Assembly: GCA_033763315.1 (NCBI GenBank)
Contig: JANRKS010000030.1
Location: 1-28,339, forward strand
Direction of reading: 5' to 3'
DNA length: 28,339 nt
DNA from: Deltaproteobacteria bacterium
GTDB lineage: Bacteria > Myxococcota_A > Polyangia > Fen-1088
Every line of letters starts with the position of its first letter. Position 1 is the first letter of the stretch. Both the position numbers and the translations under genes were made by a program. The notes under the pieces are model-generated. The model made no database searches, was not told the DNA's origin, and was given only the letters and a program-made list of their open reading frames with translations. Positions 10,134-18,547 of the stretch are shown one piece after another.

Positions 10134-10894
10134 AACGCGCTCGATCAGTAATGCTTCTGTGCGGTCTCGCGTCGGCTTTGCTGGCGTGCGGAGGCGGTGG
10201 GGACGTTGAAACCAGTTTTCACCTGATCGTGAACAACAGCCCCGACGCGATCTTGCCTTTAGAAGTGCAAATCGATGTTTATGAGGGCACAAGCCAACAG
10301 GCCCGTGAAAGCATCACGCGGGGTGTTCCGCAGAACGCGACGACCCGCCTCGGCGACGTTGTGATTTACCCGGCGGCTGGAACGCTCAGCCTTCGCTTCG
10401 TGCTGTTTGGGCGTAAGGACGGGAGGGTCGTGTCGTCCACGGCTGTGAGCGCGGCGCCTAAGGCGGGTTCACAAGTGGAGGTCGTGGCAACGCTCAAAGC
10501 GGGCATGGGCATGGAAGTGCCAAGCGACGCCGGCGCATTTGCAGATGGCGGCACCGACGCATCGGCAAGTGATGGATCCTTACCGGATGCGGCGCCACCT
10601 AAGAAGGCCGCGGGCGAAGCGTGTGCCGCGGGCGGCGATTGCATGTCAGGCGCGTGCCTGGGCAAGATCTGCTGCGACAAATCTTGTGATGGTTCCTGTA
10701 ACACGTGCAGCGCTGCAGGGCAGCCGGTGGGCAAGTGCGTGCCGTTGGCCGACAACACAAAATGTCGAGACGCCACCTGTTCAGGGAACAGACGAACTTT
10801 AACTCAGTTCATGTGCAAGGCCGGCGCGTGCCAAGGCCAAGATACGAGTTGTAGCAACCGGATGTGCGAAGCCTCAACGTTGATGTGCCGATGA
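10130..10894 (+). CDS. Lipoprotein with Cys-rich C-terminal domain
   Basis: GTG 10130 overlaps the upstream TGA, with GGGGAGA as RBS. Lipobox LLA-C-GGGG, beta-rich N-domain, DAG/DGG linker, and 16 Cys in the last ~90 aa. Confidence 0.85.
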   Translation: MKRARSVMLLCGLASALLACGGGGDVETSFHLIVNNSPDAILPLEVQIDVYEGTSQQARESITRGVPQNATTRLGDVVIYPAAGTLSLRFVLFGRKDGRVVSSTAVSAAPKAGSQVEVVATLKAGMGMEVPSDAGAFADGGTDASASDGSLPDAAPPKKAAGEACAAGGDCMSGACLGKICCDKSCDGSCNTCSAAGQPVGKCVPLADNTKCRDATCSGNRRTLTQFMCKAGACQGQDTSCSNRMCEASTLMCR

Positions 10895-10918
10895 TCCCCC
10901 CCCACGCGGCATAATGAA

Positions 10919-11974
10919 CTAGGGCCAGGGGCCCGCGTCTTCAAGCGACATGGTTTCAGGCAGCCCAAGCATCAGATTCATGTTCTGAACGGCCTGCCCG
11001 GCGCCGCCCTTGATCAAGTTGTCTAGCGCGCTTTGCACGCACAACGTTTTGCTTGCACCCGCGGCTTTGCCGAGCGTGAAGCCCACTTCAGCGAAGTTGC
11101 TGTTGCCCACCGCCGCCACCTCGGGCAGCCGATCTTGTACGTATCTCACGAAGGGTTCGTTGTTGTAGCGCGCTGAAAATAGCGCGCTCACTTCCTCATG
11201 CGTGACGTGCGCGGGCACTTCGATGAAAGCGGTGACAAGGATTCCGCGCGGCAACGGCGCTGACACGGGGACAAACCTCAGCTGCAGCTCGGGCACCCCC
11301 GCGTCGGCCAATGTCTGCTGAATCTCCGGCGTGTGTTGGTGCCATAGTGGTTTGTAACTTTTGAGGTTCACGGCGCGCGTGGGGTGATGCGTGCCTTGCG
11401 ACGGTGCGATGCCGCTGCCCGACGATCCCGTGATGCCCTGCACATGCACGGGCCCGCCCAACCAATCTGTGTTGGCCAAAGGCAACAGCGCCAATTCGAT
11501 GCACGTGGCAAAACAGCCCGGCGATGCCACGCGCCGGCTGCGCTTGATTGCCGCGCGGTTCAGTTCAGGAAGACCGTAATCGAAGGTGCCAAGGAGTTCG
11601 GGGTGAGGGTGGGGCGCTCCGTAAAACTCTTCGTAGAGGGCGGCGTTGCGGAGACGAAAGTCGCCCGACATATCGACGATGCCAACGCCGGCCTCAATGA
11701 GCTCGGGCGCCAGTTTTGCGCTTACTTTGTGCGGTAAACCCAGCAAGACCACGTCCACGCCGGCGGCCGCCTCGGCGGGCCCCATACTCTCGAATCGCAA
11801 AGGCGTGCGGCCCGTGAGCGACAAGTGCACGGCGCCCAAAGGTTCGCCGATGTGATCCGCCGCCACCACCCGCACAAGCTCGACTTCCGGGTGCTGCAAA
11901 AGGCGCCGAATGATCTCGGCACCACCATAACCACTGCCGCCCACCACGGCGGCTTTCCATCGCTTGTTTGCCAC
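10919..11974 (-). CDS. argC: N-acetyl-gamma-glutamyl-phosphate reductase
   Basis: VVGGSGYGGAE, LGLPH, DMSGDFRL, YGLPE, catalytic SPGCFAT, DNLIKGGAGQAVQNMN. Confidence 0.95.
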   Translation of the reverse strand: MANKRWKAAVVGGSGYGGAEIIRRLLQHPEVELVRVVAADHIGEPLGAVHLSLTGRTPLRFESMGPAEAAAGVDVVLLGLPHKVSAKLAPELIEAGVGIVDMSGDFRLRNAALYEEFYGAPHPHPELLGTFDYGLPELNRAAIKRSRRVASPGCFATCIELALLPLANTDWLGGPVHVQGITGSSGSGIAPSQGTHHPTRAVNLKSYKPLWHQHTPEIQQTLADAGVPELQLRFVPVSAPLPRGILVTAFIEVPAHVTHEEVSALFSARYNNEPFVRYVQDRLPEVAAVGNSNFAEVGFTLGKAAGASKTLCVQSALDNLIKGGAGQAVQNMNLMLGLPETMSLEDAGPWP

Positions 11975-12061
11975 CTGTTTAGTCTACGCCGACGAAGCAC
12001 AGGGTTCGAGAAACGTACGTGCGACGTTGCATTCACGGCGCTTCCGCCCCAGTCTGAGGGG

Positions 12062-13831
12062 GTGAACAGATCTCGCTTCAGGCTGCGTCTGATGGCAGCC
12101 TTCCTTGTCGGCACCAGCCTCGTCGCAGGCGTAGCTTTGACCACACGAAAGGCCAACGCTAAGCAGCCTCCTCCTCCACCCATCATGCCCCTTTCTGAAG
12201 TGCGGCCGGGCATGGAGGGGTATGGTTTGACCGTGTTCGAAGGGCTCAAGCCCGACAAGTTCAAAGTCAAAGTGATCTCCGTGCTGCGGGATTTCTTGCC
12301 GAAGCAAGCGGTGATTTTGATGCGGGTGCTTGATCCGCGGGTGGAACACACGGGTGTGGCCGCCGGCATGAGCGGCAGCCCCATTTACATCAATGATCGC
12401 TTGGTGGGCGCCTTGGCGTACGGCTGGGCTTTTTCCAAAGAGCCATTGACGGGCATCACGCCGATTGAGGCCATGTTGGAAGACAGCCGGCAACCTCTGC
12501 GCGACGAGCCTCGGCCCACCGCCTTTGCGGCGGCCACCCCCAAGCGCTTCGGTGACGTCGATCTTGTGCCCGTGGCTGTGCCGTTGGCGTTCTCGGGTGT
12601 TTCGGCGGCCACGCTGGATGATGTGCGCGACGACTTCGCCAAGTTGGGGCTGCTCGCTGTATCTGCTGGTGGAGGTGGTGGACTGGGCCAAGGTGTGCCC
12701 GTCATCGAGCCGGGCGGCTCTGTGGGTGTGCAATTGGTCAAAGGTGATATGGCCGTGACGGCGACTGGCACCGTGACTTACGTGGATGGCAACACGGTGC
12801 TGGCGTTCGGCCACCCGATGATGCGTTCGGGGCAAGTGAACCTGCCCATGGTGGGCGCCGAGATTCACGCGATCATGCCCAGCTTGGCAAACGCGTTCAA
12901 GCTGGCGTCTCCGTTGGCGGAGGTGGGGGCGCTCTTGCACGATCGCGGCGCCGCCATCGTTGGTGTGTTGGGTGCCAAGGCGCCACGCTTGCCCTTGAGC
13001 ATCAACGTCAAGCGCCAGGGCCAAGCGATGAAACCGTTCATCGTGCAACTGGCGCAAAATGATTCGTTGACGCCTTTGTTGGTTTCGGTTGCCACCTCAA
13101 GTGCTGTCACGGTGGCTGAACCTGATCCGGCCGACATGACGATCGACATGACCACCACGCTGACGGTTGCGGGCATGCCGCCGATCGTGCTGCGTGAGCA
13201 GTTGTTTTCTGACGCTGGCCTAAATCCACGCGTGTTCAGCGTGGGCCAAGGTTTTAAGGCCTTGCGACAAATTCTCGACAACCCGTTTGGCCGCGTGGAT
13301 TTGCGCGGCCTGCGCATCGACGCCGACGTGGCCTACAAGCGCGACGCGCTCGACATCGTTGGCGTTTCGATCCCGGCAAAGCGTTTGCGATCTGGCGAGA
13401 CGGTACCTGTGCGGGTGCAACTGCGGCCGTTTGGCGGCAAAGATCGCTGGAAGACCGTGGACCTGAAGTTGCCGCCGCACATCGATGGTCAGACGGTTGA
13501 GATTGAAGTGGCCAGCGGCGCTGCGGTGGTGCCATTTGCGGCCAAGCCTGAATCACTTAAAGATCTGCTCCAAAGCTTTGGCAACTATTACACCGCGGGG
13601 CAAATGGTGGTGAGCGTGGGGTTGCCGGAAACGGGCGCTGCGCTGGGTGGCCTGCCCTTGGGCGCTTTGCCGCCAGCGGCCATCGACACGTTGTTGCCGG
13701 CCAGCAAGACGCGCAACGCGCAGATGCACAGGCTCTACAGCCGCACCGTCATCGATAGCGCCGAGGTGCTGACGGGCAAGGTGCAGGTGAAGATGCGCGT
13801 TGATGGCAACGGTTTAGGTAGTAACGGTTGA
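12062..13831 (+). CDS. Exported SpoIVB-family (S55) serine peptidase-domain protein
   Basis: Signal peptide ending ANA; GMEGYGLTVFEG; GVAAGMSGSPIY (S55 catalytic Ser motif); LAFGHP. Start GTG 12062 (alternative ATG 12092); the track's 11825 start overlaps argC. Confidence 0.85.
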   Translation: MNRSRFRLRLMAAFLVGTSLVAGVALTTRKANAKQPPPPPIMPLSEVRPGMEGYGLTVFEGLKPDKFKVKVISVLRDFLPKQAVILMRVLDPRVEHTGVAAGMSGSPIYINDRLVGALAYGWAFSKEPLTGITPIEAMLEDSRQPLRDEPRPTAFAAATPKRFGDVDLVPVAVPLAFSGVSAATLDDVRDDFAKLGLLAVSAGGGGGLGQGVPVIEPGGSVGVQLVKGDMAVTATGTVTYVDGNTVLAFGHPMMRSGQVNLPMVGAEIHAIMPSLANAFKLASPLAEVGALLHDRGAAIVGVLGAKAPRLPLSINVKRQGQAMKPFIVQLAQNDSLTPLLVSVATSSAVTVAEPDPADMTIDMTTTLTVAGMPPIVLREQLFSDAGLNPRVFSVGQGFKALRQILDNPFGRVDLRGLRIDADVAYKRDALDIVGVSIPAKRLRSGETVPVRVQLRPFGGKDRWKTVDLKLPPHIDGQTVEIEVASGAAVVPFAAKPESLKDLLQSFGNYYTAGQMVVSVGLPETGAALGGLPLGALPPAAIDTLLPASKTRNAQMHRLYSRTVIDSAEVLTGKVQVKMRVDGNGLGSNG

Positions 13832-13869
13832 GGCGCTCGGCAGATAAACATCGCGGTCAAGCCGGCCGC

Positions 13870-16242
13870 TTAAGTGCGTTTTCGGGGCTTGGCCTTCGTG
13901 GGTTTCGGGGCTGGTTTGGGCAGGGCCCGCTGCAGCGAGAAGGAAAGTTTGGGCACGGGCTCCACAGCGCCGTACAGCCAGCTGTAGGTTAGGTAGCTCG
14001 CTAGGACGCGCTTTGTGTAGCCGCGGGTTTCATCATAGGGGATGAGCTCTACAAACTCGTCGAGTGGGCGGTTGCCGCGCTCTTTGAGCCAACGTTCCAC
14101 GGCGATCTCGCCCGCGTTGTAACCCGGAATCGCAAGTGCCACCGCGCGCCCGAAGTGTTCAAGCAGGTGCCCCAAAAAGCGAGACCCCAACATGATGTTG
14201 CTGGCCGGATCCAACAACGTCTCGCGCGTCACCTTCTTATCGGAATAACCCTGCGCTGTGCTTACCAACATTTGCGTGAGGCCGATCGCGTTCGCGAACG
14301 ATTCGATGGTGGGCGAAAACGCGCTCTCCTCGCGCATGATCGACAACTGCAAAAACGGCGGCACGTTGTTCGCTTTGGAATTGGTGGCCACGTATTCAGG
14401 GTAGGCGCGCGGGTATGAAAGCCGCCAAGCCGCCGCGTTGGCGCCTTTGGGATATGTGCGTTTGTATTCGGTCAACGTGTACCGCGGCACTGCGTGTGAA
14501 GTGTTCCACACGCGGCCGCGGTCAAGCAGCACGGAGGTGAGCCACAACGCGCGTTCGCGCAGCGAAACACCTTCCTTTGCCGCATCGCCATCTAAATTCA
14601 CCTTCGCCAATTCACGCCGCGCGTCCGCTCCGAGGCCGAGGCGCGCCAGCTCAACGGCGCGTATGAACTCAGGTGCGGCGTAGGCGGCGCTGCGGCCGAA
14701 CGCCACGGGCCACGTCTCATCGCCTTGGTGGCTGTGCAACTCCCCCAGCAGCTGTGCGCGCACCTTGGGGAACGATTCGCGGAGGCGCTCGAACGACACA
14801 AGGGCGTAATACGAAAGCGGGTACTGGCGGATCGCCTCTTCGTACATCTGCACGCTGCGCGCTTTGTTGCCCTGCCGCGCGTACACGCGGGCTTTCCAAT
14901 AAAGCGCGCGGCCTTCGGCGAACCACATCGTTTCGCGCGGTATGAGCCTTAGATTCTCGTCCAGCCAGTGATGGGCTTTGTCCCAGTCCTTTTCGTCGTA
15001 CGCCGCGAACGCCAAGCGGAACAAGGCCTCGCCCAACATATCGCCGTTGGGATAAAGCTTGGCCATCTCACTTAACAGCGCGCGGGCGCCCGCTGTGTCA
15101 CCCCCGTCTTGCAACACTTCGGCCGCGCGCAGGCGGGCGTCGTCGGCGAAGCTGGCTTGCGGAAATTCCTTTTCCAGCTGTGCATAGCGGGCGACGGCGG
15201 TGGTGCGATCGCCACCGGAAGAGCGGCAGCGCGCACCCTGGTAGAGGGATTTCACAGTGAGTTCCGTGACGCCCGCCGCACGACAAGCGGCTTCAGCTTC
15301 TTCATAAAACGGGGCTGCACGTGGACGTTGCCTTTGCTTGAACACAGCCTGGCCGCGGTTGAACTTGGCTTCGCACACAAGTTTCGCGTCGCTGAGCCCA
15401 GCGCTGAGCGCAAGCGAGAAAGCCGCTTCCGCTTCAGCGTTCTGTTGCTTGTCAGCCAAAGCGTTCGCGCGCTCCAACCACTGTTCGGGGCTGGGTGTGG
15501 CCAACGCCGGTTTATTGGCGGCGGTGGCGACCGCGGCGATGCGCTCTTGCGCTTGCTTGGCCCAACTTTCGGTGGGTGCTTGGCTCCAGATCAAGCGATA
15601 GTTGGCAATGATGTCAGCGGCGGGGCGCTGTCGGTTCTCCATCGCTGTGGCCAAGCGAAAGCGCGCTTCGGCGCGGCGGGGGCCTGACTCAAACTTCTGC
15701 AGGAACGCGTGCGCGCTGGCTTCAAGCTGTTCCCATTGAGCGAGCCGCTCAAGCGCCTCAAGTTCGATGAGCTGCGCTTCGGCTTCCGACACCGCGCCGG
15801 GGCTCACCTTGCGCGCCCAGGTCAACGCTTCGGTGTTGTTGCCGGCCCGCAGATCACAGCGGGCGGCATAATAGGCGTGGTAATCAGCCAATAACGGATA
15901 ATCCGCGGATAGCGCTTTGAAATCCAGGGCGGCGGCTTGCCATTGCCCGTTGTTCATCTTCGACAAGGCCAATAGGAACCGCGCTGGCAACCGTTCGACG
16001 TTGACGCTTGGCAGTTTATCGATCGCCGCTTGCCACAGCGGCACGGCTCCGGCGTAATCGTCAAGGCGGTAGCGTTCAGCGGCCTTGGCCAGCACGCCTG
16101 CGCGAAAATAGGGATGCAACCACGCCTTATCGATGGCTGGCGCGGCGTTGCCATCATCTGCAAAGGCCGCGGTCAAACCAGAGGCGAACAGGCAAAGCGA
16201 AACCACCGTGGCGGCGGCGCGGGCGTACGAAAGAAGGCGCAC
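13870..16242 (-). CDS. slt: Soluble lytic murein transglycosylase (Slt70-like, TPR scaffold plus SLT domain)
   Basis: Signal peptide ending AFA-DD; long helical/TPR region; catalytic IMREESAF, AIGLTQML, YNAG, IPYDETRGYTKRV. Confidence 0.9.
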   Translation of the reverse strand: MRLLSYARAAATVVSLCLFASGLTAAFADDGNAAPAIDKAWLHPYFRAGVLAKAAERYRLDDYAGAVPLWQAAIDKLPSVNVERLPARFLLALSKMNNGQWQAAALDFKALSADYPLLADYHAYYAARCDLRAGNNTEALTWARKVSPGAVSEAEAQLIELEALERLAQWEQLEASAHAFLQKFESGPRRAEARFRLATAMENRQRPAADIIANYRLIWSQAPTESWAKQAQERIAAVATAANKPALATPSPEQWLERANALADKQQNAEAEAAFSLALSAGLSDAKLVCEAKFNRGQAVFKQRQRPRAAPFYEEAEAACRAAGVTELTVKSLYQGARCRSSGGDRTTAVARYAQLEKEFPQASFADDARLRAAEVLQDGGDTAGARALLSEMAKLYPNGDMLGEALFRLAFAAYDEKDWDKAHHWLDENLRLIPRETMWFAEGRALYWKARVYARQGNKARSVQMYEEAIRQYPLSYYALVSFERLRESFPKVRAQLLGELHSHQGDETWPVAFGRSAAYAAPEFIRAVELARLGLGADARRELAKVNLDGDAAKEGVSLRERALWLTSVLLDRGRVWNTSHAVPRYTLTEYKRTYPKGANAAAWRLSYPRAYPEYVATNSKANNVPPFLQLSIMREESAFSPTIESFANAIGLTQMLVSTAQGYSDKKVTRETLLDPASNIMLGSRFLGHLLEHFGRAVALAIPGYNAGEIAVERWLKERGNRPLDEFVELIPYDETRGYTKRVLASYLTYSWLYGAVEPVPKLSFSLQRALPKPAPKPTKAKPRKRT

Positions 16243-16309
16243 GTCGTCAGCCTACGATCTCTTTGCCGCGCGGGCACGCCGCAAAGAGGGCGTGCTCGCC
16301 GCGTGCCGG

Positions 16310-17212
16310 CTACTTCTTCCAGACGCAGACGCGGTTGCGGCCCGAGCGTTTGGCCTCGTAGAGCACTTGGTCGGCCGCTGCGATGAACTCGATCGCGTCC
16401 CGCATGCCTTGGTTTGGCACAGACGCCATGCCCACACTGATGGTCACGGGGATCACTTTGCCGTCGTAAACGAATTGTTTGTTGGCCACGCCGGAGCGCA
16501 GACGTTCAGCCACGATGCGGCCTTGGTTGCCATCGGTGCCTCGGCAAATGACCGAAAATTCCTCGCCACCCACGCGCGCGAAGACGTCTTCCACCCGAAT
16601 GGAGGCCAAGATGATCATCGACACTTCGGAAAGAACATAGTCGCCCGCCAGGTGGCCATAGGTGTCGTTGATCGATTTGAAGTGATCCAAATCAAAGGCC
16701 ACCAAAGTCAGCGGAATGTGGTGGCGAACCGCGTACGCGAACTCGCTTTCCACGCGATCCATGAAGTACTTCTTGTTAAAGGCCTTCGTCAGGTCGTCGC
16801 GCAACGCCGATTCATACATCTGGCGCTGGAATGTCTCGTCGAGCTTATCGTGATACGTGAACTTGAGAACGGTGTTCGAGCCCACGAGAATTTTATCGCC
16901 GTCGGTGAGCTCGTGGTTGTTCACCCGCACACCCTTGCAGTAGGTGCCGTTGGTGGAGCCCATGTCGCGAAGAAAGACTTTGTCGCCCTCGACCACGAGC
17001 TCGCAATGCTCGCGCGAGATGCCTTCGTCCAAGATGCGGATGTCAGCACGCTGTCCACGCCCGATCACGGTGCGCTCGTGGCCAAGCTTGTACATCTCTC
17101 CCATCATGCTGCCAGCGAGCACAATGAGGTAGGCCTGGTCGCGCCGGGGGGCGCTGCGCCCGGGGGCCATCTGCGGTGGTGCCTGTACGTGGGTGACGTC
17201 GTCCCAGCTCAC
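16310..17212 (-). CDS. FHA-GGDEF diguanylate cyclase
   Basis: FHA motifs IGRG...ISREH...DMGSTNGT; DDLT; FDLDHFKSINDTYGHLAGD; I-site RVED; active site GGEEF; AKRSGRN. Probable GTG start at 17212. Confidence 0.92.
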   Translation of the reverse strand: MSWDDVTHVQAPPQMAPGRSAPRRDQAYLIVLAGSMMGEMYKLGHERTVIGRGQRADIRILDEGISREHCELVVEGDKVFLRDMGSTNGTYCKGVRVNNHELTDGDKILVGSNTVLKFTYHDKLDETFQRQMYESALRDDLTKAFNKKYFMDRVESEFAYAVRHHIPLTLVAFDLDHFKSINDTYGHLAGDYVLSEVSMIILASIRVEDVFARVGGEEFSVICRGTDGNQGRIVAERLRSGVANKQFVYDGKVIPVTISVGMASVPNQGMRDAIEFIAAADQVLYEAKRSGRNRVCVWKK

Positions 17213-17336
17213 GGAAGTCTCAAATTCGATAGTACCATCGGTCCTGTCAGTTCGCCTGCAGGCTTGCGAAATCGGAAGCGAAACCCTAAATCGAAACGAG
17301 CGTGATCGCCAACGCCTTTGTGTATGAGCCCGCGCT

Positions 17337-18173
17337 TTAGGCCGAAGCGGCGAGCGCGCGCGCGAGTTCACGCAACGGTTCTGCTTGCGGTCCGAATGAA
17401 GCGAGCTCTTGCACGGCTTGTGAGGTGAGGTCGGTTAATCTCTGACGTGCCAGCGTGGCAAGCGACGCGTGCTCTTGATCGGCCAAGTCATCGGCGTGTT
17501 GAAATGCCACGCCGTAGGCTTCGCCGTAGCGACGAAGGTGGTTGCGTTGCACAGGCGTGGCGTGCCCAACGATTGCTCCTATCTCAACGGCTGCCCGAAA
17601 CAGCGCGCCCGTTTTTTCTGCGTGTAGTTGATCGGCCTCGGTGAGGGTGGATGGAGCAGGTTCCCCCAGATCTCGCGCTTGCCCGCGCACCATTCCTGAC
17701 AACCCGCTGGCATGGGCCAAAACGCCGCACGCTTGCAAGTAGGCAGCAGCCTGGCCGGGGCGCTCGGCCTCGGCCAGGGCACCCGCGTCTGCCAGCCACG
17801 TAAAGGCCAGCGTTAACAAAGCGTCGCCGGCCAGGATGGCGATGGCGTCACCGAAAACTTTGTGATTCGTCGGACGCCCGCGACGTAGATCGTCGTCGTC
17901 CATCGCGGGTAGATCGTCGTGAACCAAGGAGTAGCAATGCACAAGCTCGATGGCTGCTGTGGCGATGCGCACCGCCGGTGTCAACGGCGCCCCCACGGCC
18001 TCCGCCGCCGCCAATCCCAAAAGCGGTCGCAGCCGCTTGCCAGCGGATAGCAGTGAATACCGAACGGCTTCCACCAAGCGGCCCGGATCGTCCGCGGGCT
18101 GCGGCACGCGCTCTTGCAGCAAGGCTTCGACCTCAGCGCGACGTTCGCTGAGCCATCCGGCAAGCTCACTCAT
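17337..18173 (-). CDS. ispA: Farnesyl/geranylgeranyl diphosphate synthase (polyprenyl synthetase)
   Basis: GKRLRP, SLVHDDLPAMDDDDLRRG, LAGDALL, GMVRGQ, KTGALF, FQHADD. ATG 18173 overlaps the xseB stop; xseB-ispA is a well-known gene pair. Confidence 0.88.
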   Translation of the reverse strand: MSELAGWLSERRAEVEALLQERVPQPADDPGRLVEAVRYSLLSAGKRLRPLLGLAAAEAVGAPLTPAVRIATAAIELVHCYSLVHDDLPAMDDDDLRRGRPTNHKVFGDAIAILAGDALLTLAFTWLADAGALAEAERPGQAAAYLQACGVLAHASGLSGMVRGQARDLGEPAPSTLTEADQLHAEKTGALFRAAVEIGAIVGHATPVQRNHLRRYGEAYGVAFQHADDLADQEHASLATLARQRLTDLTSQAVQELASFGPQAEPLRELARALAASA

Positions 18174-18433
18174 TCGTTGTCTCCCGGGCTGCCGAATGGC
18201 GCCGTTTTGAGCTCGCCCTCGGGCCCGGCCAACAACATCTCCACCCGCCGTTCCGCTTGGTCCAAGACGCCGGCCCCCGCGCGGCACATGCGCATGCCTT
18301 CTTCGAAGCACCGCAGGCTATCTTCGAGCGTGAGGTTGCCGCTTTCAAGCTTATCAACCAATCCTCGCAGCTTCTCAAGCAGGTCGTCAAAGCGTGGCGC
18401 AGGCGTGGTGGTCGCAGAGTTTTCGGCGGACAT
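18170..18433 (-). CDS. xseB: Exodeoxyribonuclease VII small subunit
   Basis: FDDLLEKLRGLVDKLESGNLTLEDSLRCFEEGM...LDQAERRV pattern; 87 aa; adjacent to ispA. Confidence 0.93.
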   Translation of the reverse strand: MSAENSATTTPAPRFDDLLEKLRGLVDKLESGNLTLEDSLRCFEEGMRMCRAGAGVLDQAERRVEMLLAGPEGELKTAPFGSPGDNE

Positions 18434-18547
18434 GGTCTGAGGCTTTTATCGCTTGGCCCTCACAGGATCAAGCGCCTGCGCCCGGGGGCCGGCCACACGC
18501 GCGAGAAAACAGTTTGCCACCAGCGCGGTGGTCACTTGCGGCCAAGG

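Noticed and set aside
11984-13057. 357-aa antisense ORF (similarly 16133..17305, 19969..20751, 20595..21413, 23714..24391, 26222..27049)
   Set aside because: Each lies opposite a well-supported gene and has shadow-type composition with no motifs.
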